This document shows, piece by piece, positions 8,668 to 17,913 of a DNA stretch of 44,905 bases. The DNA lies in NCBI GenBank assembly GCA_040751795.1, contig JBFMHR010000007.1, forward strand, positions 1-44,905. Direction: 5' to 3'. A model generated the notes under the pieces. That model had not been told where the DNA came from, made no database searches, and saw only the letters and a program-made list of their open reading frames with translations. Source of the DNA: Thermoplasmatota archaeon (GTDB taxonomy: Archaea > Thermoplasmatota > Thermoplasmata > UBA10834). How positions within the stretch are numbered: position 1 is the stretch's first letter; every line of letters starts with the position of its first letter. A program made the position numbers and the translations under genes.

Positions 8668-9048
8668 CTAGCCCGCTTCCTCGTCCGGCTCCTTGACGGG
8701 GCCGCCCTGGAGCGCCTGCGTGATCTGGGTCTGGAGGGTCTGGTGCCTCTCCCTGAGGTGCTTGTCCTGCCTCTCGAGGGTCTTGACCCTGACCTCCACG
8801 GTCTCCTTCTGCTCCTTGAGCTCGTCGACGAGCGCCTTCCTGTCCTTGACCTGCACGAGCAGCGTCCCGACGTTCTTGAACACCGCCGAGTCCTCCGGGG
8901 CCTTCCCGAGCTCCTCCACGGTCCTGTCGAGCTCCTTCGCCTGCGCCTCGAGCTGGATCTTCTGCGTCGTGACCATCTGTATCTGCTGGGTCAGCTGCTG
9001 GAACTGCGCGATCTGGTTCTGAACCTTCGGTGGGATGTTGTCCATCAT
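8668..9048 (-). CDS. pfdB: Prefoldin subunit beta
   Basis: IPPKVQNQIAQFQQLTQQIQ...VFKNVGTLLVQ...EVRVKTLERQ: coiled coil-hairpin-coiled coil. Confidence 0.93.
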   Translation of the reverse strand: MMDNIPPKVQNQIAQFQQLTQQIQMVTTQKIQLEAQAKELDRTVEELGKAPEDSAVFKNVGTLLVQVKDRKALVDELKEQKETVEVRVKTLERQDKHLRERHQTLQTQITQALQGGPVKEPDEEAG

Positions 9049-9287
9049 CTCCTCGCCTCCTCTGCCGTCTCCTCTGCCACATCGGCCCATCTGATATATG
9101 AGTTCAGGGCCGCCCTCAGCGACGCGAGGTCCTCGGCCTCCACCCTGATGGTGACCTCTCCCTCGCCCGCCCCGACCTCGACGCGCGTCCTGGGGACCCT
9201 CTCCGCCATCTCCGGCGACAGGGCTCCGAGGACCGCTCCCGCGTTCCTGGTCCTTATGGTGAGCTCGGCCCTGCTGGTCAAGGTCAT
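9045..9287 (-). CDS. pcc1: KEOPS complex subunit Pcc1
   Basis: 80 aa; ALSPE...RTRV...IRVEAEDLASLRAALNSYIRW. Canonical position between rpoP and pfdB. Confidence 0.9.
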   Translation of the reverse strand: MTLTSRAELTIRTRNAGAVLGALSPEMAERVPRTRVEVGAGEGEVTIRVEAEDLASLRAALNSYIRWADVAEETAEEARR

Positions 9288-9418
9288 CTGCCCTTGACCG
9301 TCTTGCGCACGTTAGGCCTCTCCTTGTAGAACACCTTCGACCCGCACTTCTCGCACTGCAGGCCGACCGTGTTCATGCCGGACCTAACGGGCTCCTTGCA
9401 CCTTGCGCACTTGTACAT
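9284..9418 (-). CDS. rpoP: DNA-directed RNA polymerase subunit P (Rpo12)
   Basis: Below the ORF-track cutoff. Hand translation MYKCARCKEPVRSGMNTVGLQCEKCGSKVFYKERPNVRKTVKGR* (44 aa, 2x CxxC). ATGA overlap with pcc1. Confidence 0.93.
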   Translation of the reverse strand: MYKCARCKEPVRSGMNTVGLQCEKCGSKVFYKERPNVRKTVKGR

Positions 9419-9422
9419 CCGC

Positions 9423-9758
9423 TCATTGCTCCTTGGTCTCGCCCTCTTGCTCGGGGGCTTCCTCGGTCTCCTTCGGGCCCTCGGCCTTGGCCTTCGCCGC
9501 TGCGATGGCCTCGGAGACCTCCCTCTTCACGGCCACCGGGGGCGTCAGGACGTACGAGCTGCTGGCGAGGACCGCCCCGCAGCGCCTGCACTCCCATATG
9601 CCGTTCGCCTTGCGCTTGACCGAGGCGGCCTTGCACTTCGGGCACTCGTGCCAGACCTTGCTGACCCTCTCGATGTCCCCGATGCGCTTCCTGATCCTGA
9701 CGCCGTACCTCGCGCCCAACCTGCCGGCCGGGCCAACCTTCTTGGTCCTCTTGGCCAT
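9423..9758 (-). CDS. rpl37ae: 50S ribosomal protein L37Ae (eL43)
   Basis: MAKRTKKVGPAGRLGARYG...CPKC...GIWECRRCG, with an acidic C-terminal tail. Confidence 0.95.
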   Translation of the reverse strand: MAKRTKKVGPAGRLGARYGVRIRKRIGDIERVSKVWHECPKCKAASVKRKANGIWECRRCGAVLASSSYVLTPPVAVKREVSEAIAAAKAKAEGPKETEEAPEQEGETKEQ

Positions 9759-9772
9759 GAGTCAACACCCGC

Positions 9773-10549
9773 CTATCCGGGCAGCCTGGAGCGGGTCTCC
9801 GCCCCGAGCCTCCTCGACATCTCGATGACCTTGAACACCTCTTCGATGGAGAAGGAGCCTTCCCCGCCCTTCTGCATGGCGCAGAGGTTCCCGTTCTCGA
9901 TCGTCGCCACGGTGAGCCTCGCGTCCGCCACCCTCTCCTCGTCGTGGGTCGGGTCCACGAGTATCTTGTCGTCTATCTTGACGGCCGTGAGGGATACCGG
10001 CGTGTGGATCAGCGGCAGCGGGAAGTCCTCCCCCTTGCCTGCCCTCTTCGCCGGGACGACCGCGGTCTTGAGCGCGGCGTTGGCGGCGATGTTGGCGGCG
10101 TCGAACAGGTTGCCGTCGAAGTCCACGACGTGCACGTCCAGGAACATGATCCAGACCTCCTTGCCCTTCTCGATGCAGAGCTTGGTCAGGTCGACCGCGT
10201 GCCCCTCCCTGATCCCCCTGTCGATGACCCTGGAGATCTCGATGGACTCCTTGTCCGGCGGGCCGGACTCGAAGGTCTCGCTCGCCATCGGGATGAGCTC
10301 GGCGTTCGTGGTGAGGACACCCTTGTCCGGCGTGTCGCCGAACGGCTCCCCGACCATGAGCTTCACGCCCACGACCACGTCGGTCCCGCCCAGCTGGACC
10401 CTCGCGGAGCCCTCTGCGGACTTGATGTAGTCGGTGGTGATCTTGAGCTCCCTCATCTGCTCGAATGTGCGGCCGTCGGACCTGGTCCCCTTGGTGAGGA
10501 GCTTGGATATGTGGTCCTTCTTGAGCTCGGCCATGACGTCCTTGCTCAT
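9773..10549 (-). CDS. rrp42: Exosome complex component Rrp42
   Basis: RSDGR, AEGSARVQLGGT, PFGDTPDKG, FESGPP, RVIDRGIRE, DFDGNLFDA. Confidence 0.95.
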   Translation of the reverse strand: MSKDVMAELKKDHISKLLTKGTRSDGRTFEQMRELKITTDYIKSAEGSARVQLGGTDVVVGVKLMVGEPFGDTPDKGVLTTNAELIPMASETFESGPPDKESIEISRVIDRGIREGHAVDLTKLCIEKGKEVWIMFLDVHVVDFDGNLFDAANIAANAALKTAVVPAKRAGKGEDFPLPLIHTPVSLTAVKIDDKILVDPTHDEERVADARLTVATIENGNLCAMQKGGEGSFSIEEVFKVIEMSRRLGAETRSRLPG

Positions 10550-11335
10550 CTAGGCCACCCCCGCCTGGGGGCCCTCGGGCACCCTCGCCTCAGCGTCCAC
10601 GGGCCTGGCCTCGTAGCGCCTCTTGAGCGCGTCCCTCTGGACCTGGTAGACCTTCTCGCAGCCGTTGATCGCCATGTTGATCCCCTTCGTGAACTCCTCA
10701 TGGGTGAGGTCGCCGTCCATCTGGAGCAGGACGATCTCCTTCGTCCGCGGCACGTAGCCGACCGGTATGTCGGCCTCGCCGAAGTTGTCCTCCTCCTTGC
10801 CCAGGTCGACCATCACCGTCCCCGCGGCCTTGCCGGCGGCGCACGACGCGACCAGGTCCCTCATGGGGACCCCCGCGTCAGCGAGCGCGACGGACGCGGC
10901 CGTCAGGCCCGCGCACCTCGTGCCGGCGTTCGCCTGGAGGACCTCGATGTAGACGTCTATCGACGCCCTCGGGAAGTACTCCGTGAAGACGACGTGGCTC
11001 AGCGCCTCGGAGGTGATCTTGGATATCTCCTGCGACCTCCGGTCCGGCCCGGGCCTCTTCCTGTCGTCGACCGAGAACGCGGCCATGTTGTACTTGCACT
11101 GGACCAGCGCCCTAGTCGGGTTCTGCATGTGCCTCGGGTGGCACTCCCTCGGGCCGTACACGGCCGCGAGCACCTTGTTCAGGCCCCACTCGACATACGC
11201 GGAGCCGTCGGCGCGCCTGAGCACGCCAGCCTCGATCTTCAGTGGCCGCATCTCCTCGGGCGTCCGCCCGTCGACCCTGCGGCCGTTCTCGTCTAGCAGC
11301 TTGATGTCTGTCGTCATTCCGCCCATCTGGCTCAC
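10550..11335 (-). CDS. rrp41: Exosome complex exonuclease Rrp41
   Basis: RVDGR...[10 protein letters not shown]...VYGPRE...DRRSQEISK...ANAGTR...[13 protein letters not shown]. Confidence 0.95.
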   Translation of the reverse strand: MSQMGGMTTDIKLLDENGRRVDGRTPEEMRPLKIEAGVLRRADGSAYVEWGLNKVLAAVYGPRECHPRHMQNPTRALVQCKYNMAAFSVDDRKRPGPDRRSQEISKITSEALSHVVFTEYFPRASIDVYIEVLQANAGTRCAGLTAASVALADAGVPMRDLVASCAAGKAAGTVMVDLGKEEDNFGEADIPVGYVPRTKEIVLLQMDGDLTHEEFTKGINMAINGCEKVYQVQRDALKRRYEARPVDAEARVPEGPQAGVA

Positions 11336-12033
11336 TCTCCCTTCCTGGATCCTTCCTCCAGGAGTCTCTTGATCTTCTCGGTGAGGCCCATGTTGTGCGC
11401 CTCCTCCTCAATGAGTTTGACGGCCTTCACGGCCTTGATCACGTCGTCCAGCTCCCCGTCGATCCATATCCTCCCGTTCTGCCCGACGTAGATCCGGCAG
11501 CCCGTGGAGTTCTTCAGCATCTGGATCATGGAGCCGTTCTTGCCGATCACCCTCGGCACCTTGGACGGCGATATGTCCAGGATCATCCCGCCCGTGAGCT
11601 TCCTCAGCCCGTGCTCCTTCATCGAGACCTGGATGCGCCTCGTCTCGTCGATGCCGATGACCTTGAGGAGGACCACGTCCCCGGGGACCATGAACTTGCT
11701 CGTCTCGCCGAACTCGACCCTCCAGGGCACCTCGTCGACGCGCAGCGGCGCCGGGTAGGGCGCGTTTATGTCGACCAGCCAGTTCGACGCGCTCACGTCC
11801 TCTATCTTCCCGACGACCATGTCCCCGCGCTCGGGCATGTACTGCCCCGAGAGGGGCACGACGCCGACGGCGTCCTGCCGGACGGTCTTTATCCCGAGCT
11901 GCGCGGCGTAGATCCTCCGCCCCTCGGTGTAGGTTCCGGGCCCCGGCCTCTTCCCGGAGCTGTCCAACAGGTCGCCAGGTACCACTATCTCTCTGGAGAC
12001 CTCCTTAGAATCGCTAGCCTGCATCTGACTCAC
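11332..12033 (-). CDS. rrp4: Exosome complex RNA-binding protein Rrp4
   Basis: VVPGDLL, S1 domain ([11 protein letters not shown]), KH domain ([21 protein letters not shown]). Confidence 0.95.
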   Translation of the reverse strand: MSQMQASDSKEVSREIVVPGDLLDSSGKRPGPGTYTEGRRIYAAQLGIKTVRQDAVGVVPLSGQYMPERGDMVVGKIEDVSASNWLVDINAPYPAPLRVDEVPWRVEFGETSKFMVPGDVVLLKVIGIDETRRIQVSMKEHGLRKLTGGMILDISPSKVPRVIGKNGSMIQMLKNSTGCRIYVGQNGRIWIDGELDDVIKAVKAVKLIEEEAHNMGLTEKIKRLLEEGSRKGE

Positions 12034-12150
12034 TCTTGCCTAGAGTCGGTATAAACACTCTGCCGACACGGCCCTGGACTTACACAGCGTCCTTAGGCCC
12101 GCAGCGCATTTACCCTCTTCTCTCTACAAATGCCGGAAATGCGTCCCCTG

Positions 12151-12164
12151 CTTTAATCTTTTGG
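12151..12164 (-). promoter_or_regulatory. Putative internal BRE/TATA upstream of rrp4
   Basis: CCAAAAGATTAAAG on the minus strand within the 185-nt SBDS-rrp4 gap. Confidence 0.45.
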
Positions 12165-12218
12165 TCGCACAACGGCCCCCGGCCCCTCCGATGCCAGATG
12201 GGTCCCGGATGGGCCAGT

Positions 12219-12923
12219 TCACTGCGCGCCCTTGAGGACCTTGGTCTCCGCCCCGCCGTGGGTCCTGTTGTTGAGCCTCTCGGCGAACTCGTTCTGCAGG
12301 CCGGCCGGCATCTCCACGACCCCGATCCACGAGCCGTCCTTCTGCCACTCCTCCTTGACCACCTTGCCGAAGTGCTTGAAGTCCTCGTAGCAGCGGCCGT
12401 AGTTCTCGCCCGAGACCCGGACGGCGATGCGGACCTTGTCGAACCTGATGGGGATGAGGGGCCTGAGCGCGTCCATGATCGCGGGGACCTGCGCCTCGAC
12501 CGGCTTGAACGGGTCTATGTGGCAGCGCGCCTCCTCCATGGCCGTCTCGATCCTCGCCGGCGGGTGCGGCGCGCCGGTCTGCGGGTTCATGGCGTTGCGT
12601 GCGATGTACTCCACGATCCGCTTGCGCTTGTTCTCCTGCATTATCTTGCGCTGCTCGGTCGTTAGCTGGACCTCTCCCTTGAGGATGATGACCTTGGCGA
12701 CCTCGGTCGGGTCCTCGGTCCCGAAGACCTGCTTGATCTTCTCCTCCGGGGCGCGGGTGCCCTTCTTCGCGTTCTTGAAGATCGTGTCGATGACCATGTG
12801 GTCGATGAGGTCGACCTCCTTGCCGTCCTTCATCTTCTGGACGACGGCCGGGTCGATGAGTATCTCGAAGCTCTCGCCGTGGGACTCGAACCTTGCCACA
12901 ATCGCCTCGTCGAGGTCGACCAT
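12219..12923 (-). CDS. Ribosome assembly factor SBDS (Sdo1 homolog)
   Basis: [25 protein letters not shown]...VFGT...[10 protein letters not shown]...[14 protein letters not shown]. Confidence 0.95.
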   Translation of the reverse strand: MVDLDEAIVARFESHGESFEILIDPAVVQKMKDGKEVDLIDHMVIDTIFKNAKKGTRAPEEKIKQVFGTEDPTEVAKVIILKGEVQLTTEQRKIMQENKRKRIVEYIARNAMNPQTGAPHPPARIETAMEEARCHIDPFKPVEAQVPAIMDALRPLIPIRFDKVRIAVRVSGENYGRCYEDFKHFGKVVKEEWQKDGSWIGVVEMPAGLQNEFAERLNNRTHGGAETKVLKGAQ

Positions 12924-12933
12924 CGGACCACTC

Positions 12934-13650
12934 TCACGTGGCCAGCTTCTTGACGTAGGCCTCGACTTCGGCGTCGGACAACCGCCTGAACTTCTCGTCC
13001 TTCTTGACGAGGCCTATCTCCACGGCCTTCGTGTTCAGGCTCTCCTCCGTCGCCTTTACGAGCGCCCTGAGCCCCAGGAGGATGGCGTCGTCCTGCGTCA
13101 TGTCGTCCTGGTACTGCTCCTCGAATACGTCCATTATGGCGTTCTTGCCAGCCCCTATGGAGCCGGCCTTGTAGGACACGAGCGCGCCGCTCGGGTCGGT
13201 CTCGAAGAGGTGGCAGCCCTGCTCGTCCACGCCCGCCACGAGCAGCGCGGTCCCGAAGGGCCTCACGCCGCCGTACTGGGTGTAGTTCTGCTTGTAGTCG
13301 CAGAGCCTCTTGACCAGCGTCTCGAGGTCGACCTTCTCGGCGTAGGTGACCTTGTTGATCTGGGCGACGACGCGGGCGTAGTCCACGAGGACCCTCGCGT
13401 CGGCCACCAGGCCGGACGTGGCGCACCCGATGTGCTCGTCGATCTGGAATATCTTCTCGATGGACTTGGACTCGATTAGCTTGCTCGCGATCCTCTTGTC
13501 GACGATGAGGGCGACGCCGTCCTTGAACTTCAGGCCGACCGTGGTCGTCCCCCGCTTGACCGCCTCCCTCGCGTACTCCACCTGGAATAGCCTGCCGTCG
13601 GGCGAGAAGACGGTGATCGCCCTGTCATACGCCATCTGTCCTGGCTGCAT
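12934..13650 (-). CDS. psmA: Proteasome subunit alpha
   Basis: [44 protein letters not shown]. Confidence 0.97.
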   Translation of the reverse strand: MQPGQMAYDRAITVFSPDGRLFQVEYAREAVKRGTTTVGLKFKDGVALIVDKRIASKLIESKSIEKIFQIDEHIGCATSGLVADARVLVDYARVVAQINKVTYAEKVDLETLVKRLCDYKQNYTQYGGVRPFGTALLVAGVDEQGCHLFETDPSGALVSYKAGSIGAGKNAIMDVFEEQYQDDMTQDDAILLGLRALVKATEESLNTKAVEIGLVKKDEKFRRLSDAEVEAYVKKLAT

Positions 13651-13724
13651 TTACCTTACACCCCTTGAGATTGACATAATCACGGCTAGATGTGTATGCC
13701 GGTCCTGCCTAACGCGGTCGCCCG

Positions 13725-13740
13725 TATAAAGGTTTTTCGC
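13725..13740 (-). promoter_or_regulatory. BRE + TATA promoter of psmA
   Basis: GCGAAAAACCTTTATA on the minus strand, about 75 nt upstream of the psmA ATG. Confidence 0.7.
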
Positions 13741-13801
13741 GCTCCGCGGACGGGTGCCCCGCGGCATCTGGCACCGCTGGCACGGTGCGTCCTGCGCGCC
13801 C

Positions 13802-14140
13802 TCACTCCCAGGTCTTCCTCGCGACCGACCTCTCCTCGAGGTACCTGTCCTTGAGCGTCTTGATGGTGCCCGAGGTCCTGAGGGTCTCCACCCTGCACGG
13901 CCTCCCCGCGACCCTGTCGACCGATGAGAGGAGGGCGATCGCATCGTCCTTGAGGGTGTGGGGGACCTTGAGTATGGCGACCTCCGGCTCGTAGACCGTG
14001 ATCCTGAAGCCGCCGTCCATCGGGGTCCCCCTCGCCCTGTGGATGAGGGAGGACAGGAAGTCGTTCCTGGCGAAGGGGCCGCCCTCGGTGACCCTGAAGG
14101 CGATGTACCTCCACCTCTCGCCAGGCGCCTTCTTCGGCAT
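13802..14140 (-). CDS. rnp2: RNase P protein component 2 (Pop5/Rpp14 family)
   Basis: C-terminal 112 aa of ORF 13802..15127: ERWRYIAFRV...AILKVPH...TLRTSGTIKTLK. Canonical position upstream of psmA. Confidence 0.88.
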   Translation of the reverse strand: MPKKAPGERWRYIAFRVTEGGPFARNDFLSSLIHRARGTPMDGGFRITVYEPEVAILKVPHTLKDDAIALLSSVDRVAGRPCRVETLRTSGTIKTLKDRYLEERSVARKTWE

Positions 14141-14148
14141 GTCGGCTC

Positions 14149-15261
14149 TCAGCGGACGAACTCGACGCCGTGCTTGGAGCTCGGCTCGGCGAATTCCTTC
14201 GGCATCAGGTCGGGCGACTTCACGCCCGTGAGCACGACCATCACCCGGACCAGCCCGTCGAGCGCAGGGTCTACGCTGCAGCCCCAGATTATCCTCGCGT
14301 TGGGGTTGATCTTGGCGTTGACCATCTCGGCGGCCTTCTCGGCCTCGGACACGGTCATGTCCAGCCCGCCCGTGACCCTTATCAGCGCGCCCCTCGCGGC
14401 CGCGAGGTCTATGTCGCCCAGAAGCGGCGACTCGAGGGCTTGGGAGACCGCGGAGTCTATCCTGTCGCCCTTGCCCGTGTTCTTGTTGGTCGCCTCGCCC
14501 ATGCCTATGAGCGCGACGCCGCCGTTCTTCATTATGGTCATGACGTCGTTGAAGTCCAGGTTCACGAGCCCGGGCTTGGTGATTATCTCCGTGAGGCCCT
14601 TGATGGACTCCATGAGGACCTCGTCGGCGACCCTGAAGGCCGCGTCCAGCGGGAGCTTCGGGACCAGTTCGAGGAGCTTGTCGTTCGGTATCACCGCGGT
14701 GGTGTCGCAGTTCATCTTCAGGCGCTCGAGCCCCTTGAGGGCGTTGTCCCAGCGCACCTTCCCCTCGGCCTTGAAGGGCATCGTCACTATGCCTATGGTG
14801 AGCGCGCCCGACTCCCTGGCCATCCTGGCCACGACCGGCGCGGAGCCAGTCCCCGTCCCCCCGCCCATCCCGGCGGTCACGAAGACTATGCTTGACCCCT
14901 TCACGTACTGCTTGAGCTCCTCCTCGGACTCGGCCGCCGCCCTCTCGCCGACCTCCGGCAGGGCGCCCGCCCCGAGCCCCCTCGTGAGCGTCTTGCCCAG
15001 CAGCACCTTGTGCGGCGAATGTACGTGCAGAAGGTGCTTGGCATCGGTGTTCGCGGCAACGATCTCGGCGCCGAACACACCCGACTGGTGAAGGCGGTTT
15101 ACGGTGTTGGAACCCCCTCCCCCGCACCCGACTATCGTGATGTTGACCTTGAGCTTCTCCACGATCTGTGCGAGCTCCTGGTCCTCCGGGGTGCCCAGCG
15201 TCTCCTTCGTGCTCTTCTCCAGCGCATGCATCTCGAGAGCATCGTCTATGAGTGACTTCAT
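14149..15261 (-). CDS. ftsZ: Cell division protein FtsZ (paralog A, FtsZ1-like)
   Basis: [35 protein letters not shown]7 loop GLVNLDFND, C-terminus GVEFVR. ATG at 15261. Confidence 0.96.
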   Translation of the reverse strand: MKSLIDDALEMHALEKSTKETLGTPEDQELAQIVEKLKVNITIVGCGGGGSNTVNRLHQSGVFGAEIVAANTDAKHLLHVHSPHKVLLGKTLTRGLGAGALPEVGERAAAESEEELKQYVKGSSIVFVTAGMGGGTGTGSAPVVARMARESGALTIGIVTMPFKAEGKVRWDNALKGLERLKMNCDTTAVIPNDKLLELVPKLPLDAAFRVADEVLMESIKGLTEIITKPGLVNLDFNDVMTIMKNGGVALIGMGEATNKNTGKGDRIDSAVSQALESPLLGDIDLAAARGALIRVTGGLDMTVSEAEKAAEMVNAKINPNARIIWGCSVDPALDGLVRVMVVLTGVKSPDLMPKEFAEPSSKHGVEFVR

Positions 15262-15311
15262 CTCTTCATCCCATCCCAAGGTGTTTCCGAGTAAGTAAAT
15301 AAACAGGCAAC

Positions 15312-15319
15312 TATTTAAA
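15312..15319 (-). promoter_or_regulatory. TATA box for ftsZ paralog A
   Basis: TTTAAATA on the minus strand, about 50 nt upstream of ATG 15261. Confidence 0.55.
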
Positions 15320-15403
15320 TGAACCTGGCAGGACTGGTCGCGCCAGTATGCGCGGGCCGGAACGGCCTCCCCCTCCCCGGCGCGCCCCCGCTCCCCAGCC
15401 CTC

Positions 15404-15472
15404 CCGAGGCCTCCGCGGGCGCCCCCTCCGCGGGGTCGGAGGGGCCTCGGCGCATGCTTCGCATGCGCATGC
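15404..15472. repeat. Cluster of inverted repeats between the divergent ftsZ genes
   Basis: CCGAGGCC(15404-15411)/GGCCTCGG(15443-15450); CCCCTCCG(15423-15430)/CGGAGGGG(15437-15444); GCGCATGC-TTC-GCATGCGC (15450-15468); three GCATGC hexamers in 15452-15472. Confidence 0.6.
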
Positions 15473-15523
15473 AGGGGCCGCCGATAGGGCTCCGAACGCG
15501 GTTTACTGGCTCGGAACCAGCTC

Positions 15524-15539
15524 CGAAAATGTTTATATT
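15524..15539 (+). promoter_or_regulatory. BRE + TATA promoter for ftsZ paralog B
   Basis: CGAAAATGTTTATATT, about 42 nt upstream of ATG 15581, which has a GGGGTG SD. Confidence 0.7.
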
Positions 15540-15580
15540 CAAGGTTACTGATTACTTATACAGCCTTATGGGGTGCACTC

Positions 15581-16771
15581 ATGCCGAAATCGCTCGTCAA
15601 AGACGCACTAGGAAAAGAAATCGAAGAACTGACCGAGAAGCCTTCTCAGCCCGCACAAGCGCAGGCACCTCAACCTGCAAAGATGACCGCGGATGACGAA
15701 GAGATTGCGAAGATCGCGGAACAGCTGGATGTCAGCATCAAGATCATCGGCTGTGGCGGCGGCGGATCGAACACCATCAACAGGTGTGTCGAGGCCAACA
15801 TCTCCGGCGCGCAGCTGTGCGCCATCAACACGGATGCGAAGCACCTGCTCGCCATACACGCGCCGAAGAAGATACTGATAGGCAAGAACATCACGCGCGG
15901 CCTGGGCGCGGGAGCCATCCCCCAGGTCGGTGAGGCCGCGGCCAAGGAGAACGAGCGCGAGATCAGGGACTTCCTGAACGGGGCGAACATCGTGTTCGTC
16001 ACCGCCGGCATGGGAGGCGGGACCGGGACGGGTTCGGCCCACTACGCCGCGAGGCTCGCGAAGGAGCTCAAGGCCCTGACCATCGGCGTCGTCACGCTGC
16101 CGTTCAAGGCGGAGGGCGAGGTCAGGATGGAGAACGCCCTGGACGGCCTGGAGAGGCTGAGGCGGCTCTGCGACACGACCATCGTCATACCCAACGACAA
16201 GCTGCTGGAGCTCGTGCCCAAGCTGCCCGTCGACGCCGCGTTCAAGGTCGCCGACGAGATCCTGATGCAGACGATCAGGGGCCTGACCGAGATCATCACC
16301 AAGCCGGGCCTGGTCAACCTCGACTACAGCGACATCATGACCGTCATGAACGAGGGCGGGGTCGCCTTCGTCGGGATGGGCGAGTCCGAGGAGGCCGACC
16401 CGGACGACCGCATACAGGGCGCGATAGACGAGGCCCTCAACTCCCCGCTCCTGGGCGAGATAGACCTGGGCGAGGCGAAGGGCGCGCTGATCAGGGTCGT
16501 CGGGGGCCCGGACATGACCGTGTCGGAGGCGCAGCAGGCGGCCGAGGTCGTGGGCGAGAGGATCAACAAGCACGCGAGGCTCATCTGGGGTTGCAGCGTC
16601 GACCCGGCGATCGAGGGCCAGGTAAAGGTGCTGCTGATCGTCACGGGCGCCAAGTCCGGCATGCTGATGAGCAAGAACCACAGCGAGGCCGCGCCGGCGC
16701 GCTCGTCCCAGGGCAAGTCATCGAGGTCCTACGGCTCCGGGGACGACTCGGACATAGACTTCGTAAGGTGA
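15581..16771 (+). CDS. ftsZ: Cell division protein FtsZ (paralog B, FtsZ1-like)
   Basis: [35 protein letters not shown]-terminus DIDFVR. Confidence 0.96.
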   Translation: MPKSLVKDALGKEIEELTEKPSQPAQAQAPQPAKMTADDEEIAKIAEQLDVSIKIIGCGGGGSNTINRCVEANISGAQLCAINTDAKHLLAIHAPKKILIGKNITRGLGAGAIPQVGEAAAKENEREIRDFLNGANIVFVTAGMGGGTGTGSAHYAARLAKELKALTIGVVTLPFKAEGEVRMENALDGLERLRRLCDTTIVIPNDKLLELVPKLPVDAAFKVADEILMQTIRGLTEIITKPGLVNLDYSDIMTVMNEGGVAFVGMGESEEADPDDRIQGAIDEALNSPLLGEIDLGEAKGALIRVVGGPDMTVSEAQQAAEVVGERINKHARLIWGCSVDPAIEGQVKVLLIVTGAKSGMLMSKNHSEAAPARSSQGKSSRSYGSGDDSDIDFVR

Positions 16772-16822
16772 CCGAGCCAGCAAACCACTCCAACGAGCGT
16801 GTGTCCGCGATGCGGGCACACC

Positions 16823-17812
16823 TCAAACCTTGATTTTCCTCTCCCTCTTCCCCTCCAGCCTCGGCTCGTCCGCGAACCTGGCCCCGCAACCGGGGCAGAA
16901 CTTGTCCTTGAGGTCGACGCACGCGCCGCAGAGGGAGCACTCCGCCCCGCTCACCCTGTCCGAGAACACGACGCCGCAGAGGCAGGCGAAGGCGTCCCTG
17001 TCGACGCGGCGGCCGCAGGCCGGGCACTCGGTTATGTCCTCGACCAGGGGCTTGCCGCAGACGGGGCACTTGTTCGACGACTCGTGTATCTCGGCCCCGC
17101 ACCCCGGGCAGATCATGTTCCCCTCGCCGACCAGCAGGACCCCGCACCCGCACGAGGTCTGCCCCTCGGACACTACCCTCCCGCACTCGGGGCACTGGAA
17201 GAGACCGAGCCTGAAGTCCGTGGAGAAGACGACCCCGCACCTGTCGCAGAACTGGTCGTCCTCGCCCAGCAGGTTCCCGCACTCGGGGCACTGCAGGCTC
17301 CGCTCGTACATCGCGCAGTCGCACTCCTCCCCGCCGATGACCCTCCTGCCGCAGACGCTGCAGAACCTCGCCCCGTCCGGGGCGGCCGACACCTGCTCCT
17401 TCATCGAGAGGTATGTCCTCTCGGTGATCTCGCCCAGCAGGAACCTCTCCTCCAGGAGCAGGAGCTTGTCATCCTTCGAGAGCGGCATGGAGCGGACCAG
17501 GGGCACCTCCGAGTGCACGACGTGCGGCTTCTGCTTGGAGAACCCCAGGCCCCTGCCGCACGCGGGGCAGTCCGCGACCCTCGCAGCGCACGAGTTGTGG
17601 TACTGCTTGCCGCAGCCGCAGAGCACGCTGGGGAGGTCCTTCTTTATCACGCCCAGGCAGACATCGCACTTGGTCTGGCCCTTCAGCCTCACGGCCTTGA
17701 CCTGGGGGCGCGTGTGCACCCTCATCCTCCTTGACGCGGCGCGCCTCTTCTGCCCCTTAGGGACCTTGATGAGGCGCGGCCCGTCCCTGCCCGTCCTCCG
17801 CAGCTGGACCAT
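16823..17812 (-). CDS. Cys-rich protein: C4HC3 RING/PHD-like finger + SHOCT-like helix pair + tandem double zinc ribbons
   Basis: CDVC-x12-CGC-x4-H-x2-C-x6-CPAC, then KLLLLEERFLLGEITERTYLSMKEQV, then 12 CxxC/CxC knuckles. Start uncertain (17725, 17812, 17848 or 17884). Confidence 0.8.
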   Translation of the reverse strand: MVQLRRTGRDGPRLIKVPKGQKRRAASRRMRVHTRPQVKAVRLKGQTKCDVCLGVIKKDLPSVLCGCGKQYHNSCAARVADCPACGRGLGFSKQKPHVVHSEVPLVRSMPLSKDDKLLLLEERFLLGEITERTYLSMKEQVSAAPDGARFCSVCGRRVIGGEECDCAMYERSLQCPECGNLLGEDDQFCDRCGVVFSTDFRLGLFQCPECGRVVSEGQTSCGCGVLLVGEGNMICPGCGAEIHESSNKCPVCGKPLVEDITECPACGRRVDRDAFACLCGVVFSDRVSGAECSLCGACVDLKDKFCPGCGARFADEPRLEGKRERKIKV

Positions 17813-17882
17813 CCCGGTCCAGAGGACGGGTGCGATTGTAGCCCACATCCGCTCCAGCACGGGGCGGATTGCACTGCATCGC

Positions 17883-17891
17883 ATATAAATT
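17883..17891. promoter_or_regulatory. Possible bidirectional TATA box
   Basis: ATATAAATT lies about 25 nt before ATG 17914 (leaderless spacing) and reads TTTATAT on the minus strand toward the zinc-finger gene. Confidence 0.5.
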
Positions 17892-17913
17892 CCGGCCGGT
17901 CGATTACCCCCGC

